Part shown: in pieces, positions 50,770 to 61,401 of the stretch | How the letters are laid out: every line of letters starts with the position of its first letter | Position numbering within the stretch: position 1 is the stretch's first letter | Assembly: GCA_963662405.2 (NCBI GenBank) | Contig: CAXXKT010000001.1 | Span: 1,056,001-1,120,000, forward strand | Reading direction: 5' to 3' | DNA: 64,000 nt | Source: Syntrophales bacterium | GTDB lineage: Bacteria > Desulfobacterota > Syntrophia > Syntrophales > UBA2210 | Program-made: the position numbers and the translations under genes | Notes under the pieces: generated by a model | The model's input: the letters and a program-made list of their open reading frames with translations, nothing else | What the model was told of the DNA's origin: nothing | Databases searched by the model: none

Positions 50770-51837
50770 ATGACCGAAAACCTGCCTGTAAAAAGTGAGC
50801 TTCTCGTGTACCAGACCGATGACGGCCAGGTGAAACTGGAGGTCCGCCTGGAAAACGAGACGGTGTGGCTTACCCAGCAGATGATGGCCGAACTATTTCA
50901 AACGACCCAGCAGAACATCAGTCTCCATATCAAAAACATATATGAGGAAGGCGAATTGTCTGCCGAGGGAACTCACAAGAAATTCTTGTCAGTTCGACAG
51001 GAGGGCAATAGAAACATCAAACGTTATCTCGACTACTACAACCTGGACATGATCATTTCCGTCGGCTACCGCGTCAAGAGCCTGATCGCCACCCGCTTCC
51101 GCATCTGGGCTACCCAGCGTCTCAAAGAGTATATCGTCAAAGGGTTCGTCATGGACGATGAACGGCTGAAAAATCCCCCGGTTGCCGGGTCGGCCATCCC
51201 CGATTATTTCGACGAGATGCTGGAGCGCATCCGTGACATCCGCGCCAGCGAACGCCGCATGTACCTGCGTGTGCGGGAGATATTCTCCCTGGCGGGTGAT
51301 TACGATCCCTCCTGGTCGGAGACCACAAAATTCTTCAGCGTGATCCAGAACAAACTGCACTTTGCCGCCACCGGCCTCACGGCGGCGGAACTGATCAAAA
51401 GCCGGGCGGATCACACCCTGCCCAACATGGGCCTGACAAGCTGGAAGGCCGGCGACGTCCGCAAGACCGATGTGACAATCGCCAAGAACTATCTGGGTGA
51501 GAACGAGATCGACGGGCTGAACCGGATCGTGGTCATGTGGCTGGACTATGCCGAGGATCAGGCTAAATGCCGCAAACAGGTCTTCATGAAGGACTGGGAA
51601 AAAAAACTGGACGAGTTTCTGGCATTCAATGAACGCAGGGTTCTTCCCCACGCCGGAAGCGTCAGCAAGAAGGACGCCGACGATTTCGCGAAAAAGGAAT
51701 ATGACAAGTTTACCCGCCGCCGCCGGGAATACAAGGAGGCCATCGGGGAGGAAGAGACTATCAAACAGCTTGAAGAGGCAGCGAAGCAGGTGAAGTGGAA
51801 ACAGAAGAAATCGGATGTGGTGAAAAATGACGAATAG
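50770..51837 (+). CDS. RhuM family protein
   Basis: ETVWLTQQMMAELF, YNLDMIISVGYRVKS, FRIWATQRLKEYIVKGF, IRDIRASERR, AKNYL. Confidence 0.92.
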   Translation: MTENLPVKSELLVYQTDDGQVKLEVRLENETVWLTQQMMAELFQTTQQNISLHIKNIYEEGELSAEGTHKKFLSVRQEGNRNIKRYLDYYNLDMIISVGYRVKSLIATRFRIWATQRLKEYIVKGFVMDDERLKNPPVAGSAIPDYFDEMLERIRDIRASERRMYLRVREIFSLAGDYDPSWSETTKFFSVIQNKLHFAATGLTAAELIKSRADHTLPNMGLTSWKAGDVRKTDVTIAKNYLGENEIDGLNRIVVMWLDYAEDQAKCRKQVFMKDWEKKLDEFLAFNERRVLPHAGSVSKKDADDFAKKEYDKFTRRRREYKEAIGEEETIKQLEEAAKQVKWKQKKSDVVKNDE

Positions 51838-52984
51838 AATATGGCTAAAAACCACATTAGGAGAACTTGCTACCAAGATTACTAGTGGTTCAAGAGGATG
51901 GGCGAAGTACTATTCACGTAATGGAGCTTTATTTCTTAGGATGACTAACTTGTCTAAAAATGGCATTAATCTCATGTTGCATGACAAAAAATATGTTTCC
52001 TTGAAATCCCTATCTCGTGAAGGGCAAAGAACAAGAGTTGAGAAAAATGACATCCTGATCTCAATCACCGCAGAACTCGGGAAGATCGGGTTTGTAGAAG
52101 ATGAACTTGGCGAAGCTTACGTTAACCAGCATGTTGCCTTGGTGCGCATAACTTCAAAACAGGCTAACCCAAAATTTGTCGCATATTATCTTGCGGAAGC
52201 CAATCAGAGAAACCTCTGGCAAAGACTAAACGATTCGGGTGCTAAGGCGGGGTTAAACCTACAGACAATAAATAAATACCCTATATACTTACCTTCATTA
52301 GCGGAACAAAACACCACCGCAGATTTGCTTTCCACTTGGGACCAGGCCATCGAAAAGGCTGAGCGGCTGATTGCAGCCAAGGAAAAAAGGTATTCGTGGT
52401 TACTAAGGAGGATGATCACAAAAGAATGTACACAGCCTGGGTGGAAACAGTCGAAGTTAAAGGATATTCTTGGAAAAGAATTGATCATTGAAAAAGGAAA
52501 AGCTCTCAGAAAGGACGATATTATCTAAGGAGAGACACCTGTTGTTGCTGGTGGGCAAACATATGCTTATTATCACGGCATAGCAACTCACGAAATGGCA
52601 ACAGTAACTGTCAGTGCGTCAGGCGCCTATGCTGGTTTTGTTTGGTACCATGATTACCCTATTTGGGCCTCCGACTGTAATGTTATATATGCAAAAAATG
52701 CTTTGCTTCAGTTCTTCTACTATGCCCTTAAATCCTTACAGGATAAAATTTATGCTCTTCAATCTGGTGGTGCACAGCCTCATGTGTATGAAAAAGATCT
52801 CAAAAATCTCATTATACCGGTTCCCCCGATTGAAATTCAAAAAGAAATCGTTAGTCTTCTTAATAATTCCAGGATGGAAATCGATCTTCTCAAAAAGCAG
52901 GCCGACGCCTACCGCAGACAGAAACGCGGCCTCATGCAGAAACTTCTGACCGGACAGTGGTGGATGAGAACAGAGAAAGGATGA
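51827..52984 (+). pseudogene. hsdS: Type I R-M specificity subunit interrupted by an in-frame TAA (52526-52528)
   Basis: TRD1 plus conserved region (LPSLAEQ), then KDDII*GETPVVAGG continuing in the same frame into TRD2 (VPPIEIQKEI, QKRGLMQKLLTG). Confidence 0.9.
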
Positions 52985-52991
52985 TTATAAC

Positions 52992-54311
52992 GTGAATAGT
53001 CAAGGATCTTTTTCTCAGGAAAATTTAAACGAAATATTCAAAATTTCTCCCCAAAAACGTGATCGTGTCATTTCCCGTGAATCCAGATGCTTAGAGTTTA
53101 AAAAGTCTTTTGGTTGGATCAGTATTGCTAAATATCTGAAGACTTGCGCTGCGTTTGCTAACACTAAGGGTGGATATCTTGTTTTCGGGATATCAAATAG
53201 GCCCCATATTCTAATTGGATTAAAAGGAAAAAATCTTGAATCATTTGAAAACCTCGATCCTGAAAAAATGTCAAGGCATTTTAACGATCATTTTGCCCCA
53301 GAAATCGAGTGGGATATTCATCAATATGAACTCCATGGGAATGTTTTTGGGATACTTTATGTCCATGAATCACGTAATAAACCTGTTATTTGTTGTAAAA
53401 ACGAGGGAGAAGAATTGAAGGAAGGAGACATCTATTATCGTTATAGAGGACGCACTGAACGAATCAAATATCCCGAACTACGATTTATTCTTGAAGAAAA
53501 ACGTCAGCAAGAGCAAAAACTTTGGATGCAGCACCTTGCCAACATTTCCCGTATTGGTGTTAAAGAAGTAGGAGTTTTTGACCTTCATACAGGGCAAGTT
53601 ACGGGGTCCGGTGGATCGTTTCTGATCGATGAATCTCTTCTAAGCCAGTTGTCGTTTATAAAAGAAGGAGAGTTTTCAGAGGTAAAGGGAAAGCCCGCGC
53701 TAAAATTGATTGGTAACGTCCAAACACTTGAGAGTCTTCCTTCAAGTATCAATAAAAAGCAAATAGTCAAAACAAAGGGAATTAGAGTTGGCGACATTGT
53801 TAGTAGCTTTCTAAACCAAGATAAGGTTTTAGAACCACAGGAATTTTTTAAACAGATATGCTTTGAAGATACAGCTTTCTTGCCTTGTTATTATTATATC
53901 CGTCAGGCATCTCTTAGCAATGAAGATGCGAACGAAGTCCTTCAAGGAATTGTATCAAGATCGAAATCCAAAGCGAAACTCATAGAACGAATAAGGGAGG
54001 GTATGACTCAAAATCTGACCCTCCCTAAAGCTGACACGGCCACGACCAGAGAGAAACGAAACTATTTAGAACAACTAATGGGTCACTGTGTTGACCCCTC
54101 TCTTTCAGAAAAAAATCTCGAGTATTGTCTCCAAGCTATTCGTTGCCTTTCCATCGAGGATATTTCAAGCCATTCTAAATATTTGTGCGAATTATTGAAG
54201 ACATGGTTCAACAAATATTATGCTTCTGCCAGGGGCTCTTTAGCAGATAATCTCCGACGAGCGATATGCTGGGTTGATGAAGCTTTGTATAGGGAGAGTG
54301 TAAACCCTTAA
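52992..54311 (+). CDS. Schlafen/AlbA_2 domain protein
   Basis: RESRCLEFKKSF, CAAFANTKGGYLVFGI, IYYRYRGRT; AT-rich relative to hsdM and hsdR. Confidence 0.85.
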   Translation: MNSQGSFSQENLNEIFKISPQKRDRVISRESRCLEFKKSFGWISIAKYLKTCAAFANTKGGYLVFGISNRPHILIGLKGKNLESFENLDPEKMSRHFNDHFAPEIEWDIHQYELHGNVFGILYVHESRNKPVICCKNEGEELKEGDIYYRYRGRTERIKYPELRFILEEKRQQEQKLWMQHLANISRIGVKEVGVFDLHTGQVTGSGGSFLIDESLLSQLSFIKEGEFSEVKGKPALKLIGNVQTLESLPSSINKKQIVKTKGIRVGDIVSSFLNQDKVLEPQEFFKQICFEDTAFLPCYYYIRQASLSNEDANEVLQGIVSRSKSKAKLIERIREGMTQNLTLPKADTATTREKRNYLEQLMGHCVDPSLSEKNLEYCLQAIRCLSIEDISSHSKYLCELLKTWFNKYYASARGSLADNLRRAICWVDEALYRESVNP

Positions 54312-54354
54312 ATTATATCATTATAAACAAAACCATATGGTCATGGGAGCGAAC

Positions 54355-57300
54355 ATGGACGGTTTCCGCTTCAACGAAAAATATCTCTCACAGATTCCGG
54401 CGCTGCAGTTGTTGATAAAACTGGGGTTTGAGTATCTGTCTCCCTCAAAGGCACTTGCCGCCCGCCAGGGAAAGACCGGAAATGTCCTGCTGGAAGGGAT
54501 ACTGGCGGACCAGCTCAAGCGGATCAACCGCATCCGGTACAAAGGACGCCACTTCCTCTTCAGCGAGGAGAATATACAGACGGCCGTCCAAAGGCTCAAG
54601 AACGTCAGATACGACGGACTGCTGAAGACCAACGAGGCGGTTTACGATCTCATGACCCTGGGGACGGCGCTTGAACAGACTATCGAAGGTGATTCCAAGA
54701 GCTTCAATCTCAATTATATCGACTGGCGCAACTATGAAAATAATGTATTCCACGTCACCGCCGAGTACAGCGTGGAACGGTCCCGCAGCACGGAAACCGC
54801 GCGTCCGGACATCGTCCTGTTCGTCAACGGCATTCCGCTGGCCGTCATCGAGTGCAAGTCTCCGAAAGTAGAGATCGAGCAGGCCGTATCACAGTCCATC
54901 CGTAACCAGGGCGACGAGTATATCCCCAGACTCTTTACCTTCGCCCAGCTCGTGATGGGGATCAATAAGAACGAGGCCCTATACGCCACGACCGGTTCCT
55001 CGGCAAAGTTCTGGAGTCTCTGGAAGGAACTGCGGGATCGCGATGAAGATATTTCGAGGCCCGTTCACGCAACCCTTACCGAGAGTCAGAACAAGGATCT
55101 CTTTCAGGGAGATTTTGCGTATTGCCGTTCCTTTTTCGATGCTCAGGAGGCGGAAGGCAACCGGCTTGTCACCGGGCAGGACAGGGCGCTCTACAGCCTG
55201 TGCCGGCCTGATCGGCTTCTGGAGATGGCCTTCAGGTTTACGGTCTTCGACGGCGGCATCAAGAAGATCGCCCACTACCAGCAGTATTTCGTCGTCAGAT
55301 CCACGCTGGAGAGGATCAAACAGCTCGACGGCGATGGGCGGCGCAAAGGTGGTATTATCTGGCACACACAGGGGTCGGGGAAATCTCTCTCCATGGTGAT
55401 GCTGACGAGGAATCTTGCCCTTGAGCCGGAGATCTCCAATCCGCGCATTGTCCTGGTGACGGATCGAGACGACCTGGACAGACAACTGAAAAATACCTTC
55501 GCGGCCTGCGGGCTCGAACCGAACCGGGCCACGTCGGGGAAGAACCTTCTCGAACTCATGATGGGAAAGGAAGCAAGCATTGTCACAACGTTGGTCCATA
55601 AATTCGATAAGGCTCTGAAACAGCGGAAGTATCAGGATGACTCGGCCGACATCTTCATGCTGGTTGACGAAAGTCACCGTTCCCATTTCGGTTCCTTTTC
55701 AGCACGAATGCGTCAGATGTTTCCCCGTGCCTGCTATCTCGGTTTTACCGGCACCCCGCTTCTGAAGAAAGAGAAGAACAGTTTCGTAAAGTTCGGCGGA
55801 CTGGTCGAACCGCACTATTCGATACAACAGGCGGTTGAGGACAAGGCCGTCGTCCCTCTGCTCTATGAGGGGCGCCATGTGGAGATGGAACAGAACAAGG
55901 AGGCCATCGATCTCTGGTTCGAACGCCATACGCAGGGTTTAACCCGGGAGCAGAAGGCTGATCTGAAGAGAAAGTATTCCCGTTCCGAAATGCTCAACAA
56001 GGCTGAACAGGTTATTTACATGCGGGCATTCGATATCAGTGAGCACTACCGCGAGACCTGGCAGGAGACGGGCTTCAAGGCGCAGCTTGTCGCGCCCAGC
56101 AAGGCCGCGGCCCTCCAGTACCATGAACATCTGAAAAATATCGGTTTTGTGACCTCCGAGGTGCTCATCTCCGCACCGGATGATCGCAAGGGGTATGAAG
56201 ACCCATACGAGGAACCGACGGACGAGGTGGTGAAATTCTGGAAGAAGATGATGAAACGCTTTGGCAAGGAAGTGGAATACAATAAGCAGATCATCAACCA
56301 GTTCAAGAACGGTTCGGAACCGGAGATCCTGATCGTGGTCAGCAAGCTGCTCACCGGCTTTGACGCGCCACGCGACGCGGTGATTTACCTCTGCAAGGAG
56401 CTCAAGGAGCACTCGCTTCTCCAGGCCATTGCCCGCGTGAACCGGGTATATGAAGACAAGGAGTACGGATACGTTGTCGATTACGTGGGCCTGCTGGGGG
56501 AACTGGACAAGGCCTTGACCATGTACAGCGCCTTTGAAACGTTCGATGAGGAAGATCTGAGAGGCGCGCTGACCTCGGTACATGCCGAGATAGAGAGACT
56601 GCCGCAACGGTATTCCGATCTCTGGGACATCTTCAAGGAAGTCAAGCACAGCTACGACGAAGAGTCCTATGAGGTCCTCCTCGCCGATAACGCCCCGCGG
56701 GAAGATTTCTACCAGCGCCTGGCCGAATATTCCAAGACACTGGCGATTGCCCTTTCGACGGAATCCTTCATTATGGCAATCGACGAGGATAAGCTATGGC
56801 GTTACAAGTCAGACCTCAAGCGCCTTCAGAACCTGAAGGCCTCCGTGAAATTGCGCTATGCGGAAGCGATCGACTACCGGGACTATGAACCGAAAATCAA
56901 AAAACTGCTCGATACGCATATCCAGGCCAACGAAGTCCTGCAGCTGAATGAACCGGTAAACATTTTCGATGAGGAAACATTCTCGGCGGTGAAAAAGGAT
57001 CTGGCTGTGTACGGGAAAAGTACGGCTGCCAAGGCGGATGCGATTGCCTACGCGACGCGAAAAGTGATTACGGAAAAGATGGGTGAAGACCCCGCTTTTT
57101 ATGAGAAGTTTTCCAGGTTGATCCAGCAGACGATCGATGACTTCCGGGCAAAACGACTGACTGATCTTGAATACCTGAACCGTGTCAAGGAGATACGGAA
57201 GAAGGTGGCAACCCGCCAACATGACGATATGCCTGCAAAACTTACAGGAAACGAGAACTCCATGGCCTATTATGGTGTTCTGAAGCCCTTCTTCACAGAA

Positions 57301-57552
57301 CAATCGCTCTCTCTGGAGGAGTGCGACGCCATTACTGCGGACACCGCACTGGCGATAGATTACATTATGGCTTGCCACTGGAAGGTACAGTTCTGGGATG
57401 ATGAGGATACCAAGAAACAGGTGATCAATGATATTGACGATTATCTCTTTGACGAAGTGAAGGGCCGAAGAGGGGTGGAAATCAGCCCTGATCAGATGGA
57501 CACCATGATCGAAAAGATCATGCAGGTGGCGGAAAGCAGGAGTGGGGCATGA
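54355..57552 (+). CDS. hsdR: Type I R-M restriction subunit
   Basis: RPDIVLFVNGIPLAVIECK nuclease motif, HTQGSGKS Walker A, VDESHR, GFTGTP, LLTGFDAP, QAIARVNR. Confidence 0.96.
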   Translation: MDGFRFNEKYLSQIPALQLLIKLGFEYLSPSKALAARQGKTGNVLLEGILADQLKRINRIRYKGRHFLFSEENIQTAVQRLKNVRYDGLLKTNEAVYDLMTLGTALEQTIEGDSKSFNLNYIDWRNYENNVFHVTAEYSVERSRSTETARPDIVLFVNGIPLAVIECKSPKVEIEQAVSQSIRNQGDEYIPRLFTFAQLVMGINKNEALYATTGSSAKFWSLWKELRDRDEDISRPVHATLTESQNKDLFQGDFAYCRSFFDAQEAEGNRLVTGQDRALYSLCRPDRLLEMAFRFTVFDGGIKKIAHYQQYFVVRSTLERIKQLDGDGRRKGGIIWHTQGSGKSLSMVMLTRNLALEPEISNPRIVLVTDRDDLDRQLKNTFAACGLEPNRATSGKNLLELMMGKEASIVTTLVHKFDKALKQRKYQDDSADIFMLVDESHRSHFGSFSARMRQMFPRACYLGFTGTPLLKKEKNSFVKFGGLVEPHYSIQQAVEDKAVVPLLYEGRHVEMEQNKEAIDLWFERHTQGLTREQKADLKRKYSRSEMLNKAEQVIYMRAFDISEHYRETWQETGFKAQLVAPSKAAALQYHEHLKNIGFVTSEVLISAPDDRKGYEDPYEEPTDEVVKFWKKMMKRFGKEVEYNKQIINQFKNGSEPEILIVVSKLLTGFDAPRDAVIYLCKELKEHSLLQAIARVNRVYEDKEYGYVVDYVGLLGELDKALTMYSAFETFDEEDLRGALTSVHAEIERLPQRYSDLWDIFKEVKHSYDEESYEVLLADNAPREDFYQRLAEYSKTLAIALSTESFIMAIDEDKLWRYKSDLKRLQNLKASVKLRYAEAIDYRDYEPKIKKLLDTHIQANEVLQLNEPVNIFDEETFSAVKKDLAVYGKSTAAKADAIAYATRKVITEKMGEDPAFYEKFSRLIQQTIDDFRAKRLTDLEYLNRVKEIRKKVATRQHDDMPAKLTGNENSMAYYGVLKPFFTEQSLSLEECDAITADTALAIDYIMACHWKVQFWDDEDTKKQVINDIDDYLFDEVKGRRGVEISPDQMDTMIEKIMQVAESRSGA

Positions 57553-58262
57553 AACAATTCTCCGGCACCATCGCCTACGGGAGAGAGAAGATAGAATTCA
57601 GTTTTTTCCATGTTGAGCGAAAAACCATGGAAATCTCTGTCCATCCCGACCAGCGTGTGGTTGTCAAAGTCCCCTTCGAAATCGATATAGAAGAAATCAA
57701 AAAAAAGATATCCAAACGTGCCCGCTGGATATTGAAACAGCAGGCTTTCTTCCGCCAATTTGACCCGAGAACTCCGGAACGACGATATGTCGGAGGAGAG
57801 ACACACCTGTACCTGGGAAAACAGTATCGACTCAAGATCAACAGCGGGAAAGATGCCACGGTGAAACTGAAAAAAGGATTTTTCGAAATCCGGGTGCAGG
57901 GGGAGATCTCTTCCGAGAAGGTCAAGAGGCTGATCGACAAGTGGTACAAGGAGAAAGCAAAGACGAGATTTTCAGAAAGTCTTGATCGATGCTGGGTTTA
58001 TTTCGACAAATTTTCTTCCACAAAACCAAAGATACAGATTAAACGGATGCGAAAGCGCTGGGGGAGTTTGTCAGTCACGGGCATGTTGACCCTGAACATC
58101 GATTTGATCCGAGCCCCCAGAGACTGTATTGATTATGTTGTTATTCACGAATTGAACCATCTTCAGCACAGAAATCATACCCCGGAGTTTTACCGGTTTC
58201 TTGAGCAGATACTGCCTGACTGGGAAAAAAGAAAACACAGGCTGGAAATCTCGTTGGCTTGA
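57549..58262 (+). CDS. YgjP/DUF45 (M48/SprT-like) zinc metallopeptidase
   Basis: GETHLYLG, RWGSLS, DYVVIHELNHL (HExxH), NHTPEFY; ATGA overlap with hsdR. Confidence 0.9.
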   Translation: MKQFSGTIAYGREKIEFSFFHVERKTMEISVHPDQRVVVKVPFEIDIEEIKKKISKRARWILKQQAFFRQFDPRTPERRYVGGETHLYLGKQYRLKINSGKDATVKLKKGFFEIRVQGEISSEKVKRLIDKWYKEKAKTRFSESLDRCWVYFDKFSSTKPKIQIKRMRKRWGSLSVTGMLTLNIDLIRAPRDCIDYVVIHELNHLQHRNHTPEFYRFLEQILPDWEKRKHRLEISLA

Positions 58263-58381
58263 TTTTGTTAGTGTTGTGCCGTCAAATTGTATGCTGGAAA
58301 TTTAGAAACAAAGAGAAAGAAACTTGCAAAGCCTCTGGTAGCCTATCCGGGGACACAGGTCTTCCAAAAACTTTTGCCAAG

Positions 58382-58642
58382 GCGGCGTTCAAAATACTGA
58401 AAAGCTCCGAGACGGATATTTTTTATCTGATATAAAAAAGGGATGCCGAACCGAAAAATCGGCTAGCATCCCCGCTATCCTTGAACGTCCGGCGGATTCT
58501 TTTAACCGATATAGATCTCCTGCTCTTTGCGCATGTGAGCGAGCCACCGTTCATGGTGGTTGGCCCGCGCCTTGAAATATTCCAGAATTTCCGGATGGGG
58601 CAGAATAAAGAACTCCTCTTTTTCCAGCGCGTCCACCACATA
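58382..58642. repeat. 261-bp direct repeat, copy 1 (displaced SDR 3' end plus terminator)
   Basis: Aligns without gaps to 63213-63473 with about 9 substitutions counted by eye. Confidence 0.95.
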
Positions 58643-59393
58643 CTCGGAGCATCTGCTGTAAAATCCTGCCCAAGAAGGTTTTCGGCTATCGGCAAATTGT
58701 GCTTTGAATCCGTGGTAATCTTAAATCTGCGCTTTGTCTTTGCCATTATTCCGTTCTCTCGCATAAGACGGGCAACACGGTTCTTACCGCACCTGATGCC
58801 TCGTGCACGCAATTGGGCGGTAATTCTGGGGCTACCATAGGCCTTGCGACTCTTTCCATGGACCAGCCTGATCGTAAAAACAAGACTCTCGTTTTCCTCG
58901 TCTCTCATGCTCTTGCGACGCCTCTTCCATGCGTAATAACTGCTCCGGCCTATATGCAATATCCGGCACATCTTTCCCACTCGATATGCGGAGCGGTATT
59001 TGTCAATGAACTGATATTTCATCGAGGGTGTTTTGAAAAGATGGCCAACGCTTTTTTTAATATGTCTCGCTCCTCCGTCACATCGGCCAGCGTCTTCTTT
59101 AACTTTCGCATCTCATCTCCTTCGGGTTTCATACGCCCTTTACCAGGAAATGCATCCTCAATGTCTTCCAGACACTCTCGCTTCCATCGGTGTATCGCAT
59201 TAGGGTGGATATCTAAATCCCGCACTACTTCTAAAAAACCTTCCGTCCTCTTCCTGTAACTAAATGGACTACTTCCTTCTTGAATTCTTTGTCAAAACTT
59301 CTCCGCTCTCTCTTATTTCCCACTGCACACCTCCAAGTCCTTCTTCCTTTATCTCTACCGTTTCGGTGTGTCCATCATTTTGGGGGAACTTCA
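58643..59393 (-). mobile_element. Truncated IS3-family element
   Basis: Left end TGAAGTTCCCCCAAAATGATGGACAC at 59393; orfA 59323-59019 (RRSFDKEFK...HRWKR...ERDILKKALAIF) with a frameshift in a T6 run near 59235; A7G slippery site at 59051-59058; orfB (YGSPRI, NRVARLMRENG, TTDSKH, NLLGQDF) is cut before the DDE domain. Confidence 0.92.
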
Positions 59394-59469
59394 AAATGCA
59401 AGAAGAAAAATCCAAAAAAACCGGGGAGTATCCATCATTTGCTTCCCAATTTCCTGTCTACCGTCTTCC

Positions 59470-61401
59470 TTATTCCGCTCTGTTATTCAGCAGCAGCAGG
59501 GGGAGGAATGGCAAATTGCGATGGCTACTACTCGCCTCATTCACCGCCCAGATCTCCACGTCGTCAATATTCCAGCCGCAGTATCGCACCAATGAGTCCG
59601 TGGTGCCCATTGTCCAGCGGAGGTATACCGTCGCCTGTCCGTCGGCAATATCGGAAATATCGAATTCCTGGATTTTCCATGAGGAGTCAGTGACAGATGT
59701 GGCGTTCTCCCAGACAGTGCTCCAGGTGCTTCCATCATTACTCACGCGTACATATGCATGATCATACAAAGGCGACTCAACCCCCAGCCATCGCAAGAAC
59801 TTTAACGTGACCTGCGACATTTCCCTGCAATCGATGGCCCCGGTTGTCAGGCGCCGCTCAGGGAGATCATTCTCGTAGTCACCCGACAGGTTATATCCGT
59901 AGACATTATCCCCCGTGCATCCGCTTGTCGGATCCGGATTGCCGTACTGCCCTCCGCTCCCCATTGGCTGGCCCCACTCCCACAGGCCTTCGGTGTTCCA
60001 CCCCGGGTCACTGTCCATATTCCAGGCATATCGAAGCGTCAATATTCCCACCGTGAGCGTTACCTCACGGGTGGTATCACCTTCGTGATCGGTTGTGTTT
60101 GTAAAGGTCACCGTATCTGTGTAACTGCCATTCGCAAGCGAGTCGGCATTTGAATTAATCGAAACGGTGACATCTGTCGTGGCGTGACCTGCCAGAGTGC
60201 CCCCCGAGCTACTCAGCGACACCCAGGGTTCGCCCTTGCTCACGGTATAGTCGATCGCACCAGCTGTCCGATTCTCAAGCGTGTAAACGATACCGGCGGG
60301 ACTGAAGGGCCCACCCGCATTTCCGATGGAGGAGAGACCATCGCCCGGGAAGACGGTCAATCCCGGGGCCGGGTCAAGCCTCAACACGGTGACTCCATAA
60401 TGGGTCATCCCTGCATACACGCCGCCCCAAAACATTGAATGGTCTGAGTAATCCCAGGTGTCATGGATATAGACAATCGATCCGTCATCGTGATAGCCGT
60501 ACCCAAGCATCGTGTGGCCTGTGACTTGTATCAGCACGGGACGGCCCGCATCGATTTCATCCTTAAAATCGGTGAAAGTAAACCCCTGGGTGTTTTCATT
60601 ATAGCCATAAATGTACTGAGAGAAATTTGTGACAACCGTATATCCCCGCGACTCGGCAAAATCCCTCAGGCCGTGGCAACCGTCACGGTATTCAGGCTCA
60701 CTGCCGGTATAATCATAAAGTGGTGTGCCATCTCTGTAATTGTAAAATATCGTGGAACCGTCCGTATTTTCAAGCAAAGACTGGTTGGTGCCCATATAAT
60801 CACCGGTGCAGTCCCCATAGGCATGTTCCGTCCAATTACCGATAAAGGGATCGGAACCTTCGCTTCCATACTTGATCCAGTAGTCATCGACGTGTCCCTT
60901 GGTTGCCCGGCCATCAAGGCCTTGACGGGTGGCGCTGAGGGGGCACAGGGCCCGTGTCTCGCCGTTAATGTCCACGGTTCCCCATGTCTCGTTCGTCATG
61001 GGGAACACACCGCCATTGGTAGGACCGGTGTACATATTCGTGTAACCTTCATTGTCGTAATGACCGTACATCATGGCGGCGGATGTGGCCGAACATCCAA
61101 AGCACCACGTCATAGCAGGGACGTTGGGAATGGTGTTTATGCCGGCTTCGATATCGGGTTCGGGGACCCTGACAACCCGTGGGCTGAACCCCTCGGGAGG
61201 CTCGGGACGGCTCGGGACGATGACCATGTCTATCTCTTTCCCGTTCTCGATAAACCGGTCTGCGACGTATGGATTCGTCGAGCGAATACCGTATTGATTA
61301 AGAGGGATAGCTGTTTCATCTGAAATTGCCGGAACGGTGAATAAGAGACATGTCAGTACAAAAACTGCACAACAGAGAAATGTCCTTACCGTCTTAGACA
61401 T
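59470..61401 (-). CDS. Exported papain-fold (C10/C39-like) cysteine peptidase with BACON-like and jelly-roll domains
   Basis: Signal peptide; GCSATSAAM (Cys), GRPVLI..GHTMLGYG (His), IHDTW; WVSLSSSGGTL BACON-like repeat; GWNIDDV; LPFLPLLL tail. Confidence 0.72.
   Translation of the reverse strand: MSKTVRTFLCCAVFVLTCLLFTVPAISDETAIPLNQYGIRSTNPYVADRFIENGKEIDMVIVPSRPEPPEGFSPRVVRVPEPDIEAGINTIPNVPAMTWCFGCSATSAAMMYGHYDNEGYTNMYTGPTNGGVFPMTNETWGTVDINGETRALCPLSATRQGLDGRATKGHVDDYWIKYGSEGSDPFIGNWTEHAYGDCTGDYMGTNQSLLENTDGSTIFYNYRDGTPLYDYTGSEPEYRDGCHGLRDFAESRGYTVVTNFSQYIYGYNENTQGFTFTDFKDEIDAGRPVLIQVTGHTMLGYGYHDDGSIVYIHDTWDYSDHSMFWGGVYAGMTHYGVTVLRLDPAPGLTVFPGDGLSSIGNAGGPFSPAGIVYTLENRTAGAIDYTVSKGEPWVSLSSSGGTLAGHATTDVTVSINSNADSLANGSYTDTVTFTNTTDHEGDTTREVTLTVGILTLRYAWNMDSDPGWNTEGLWEWGQPMGSGGQYGNPDPTSGCTGDNVYGYNLSGDYENDLPERRLTTGAIDCREMSQVTLKFLRWLGVESPLYDHAYVRVSNDGSTWSTVWENATSVTDSSWKIQEFDISDIADGQATVYLRWTMGTTDSLVRYCGWNIDDVEIWAVNEASSSHRNLPFLPLLLLNNRAE

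Noticed and set aside
52526..52528. Recoding of the hsdS internal stop
   Set aside because: It is TAA, which is not used for Sec or Pyl; a nonsense mutation or sequencing error is more likely.
58423..59022. 199-aa ORF as a novel fusion protein (and the 72-aa ORF 63254-63472)
   Set aside because: It is a chimera of truncated IS3 orfB reading into an off-frame copy of the SDR 3' end.
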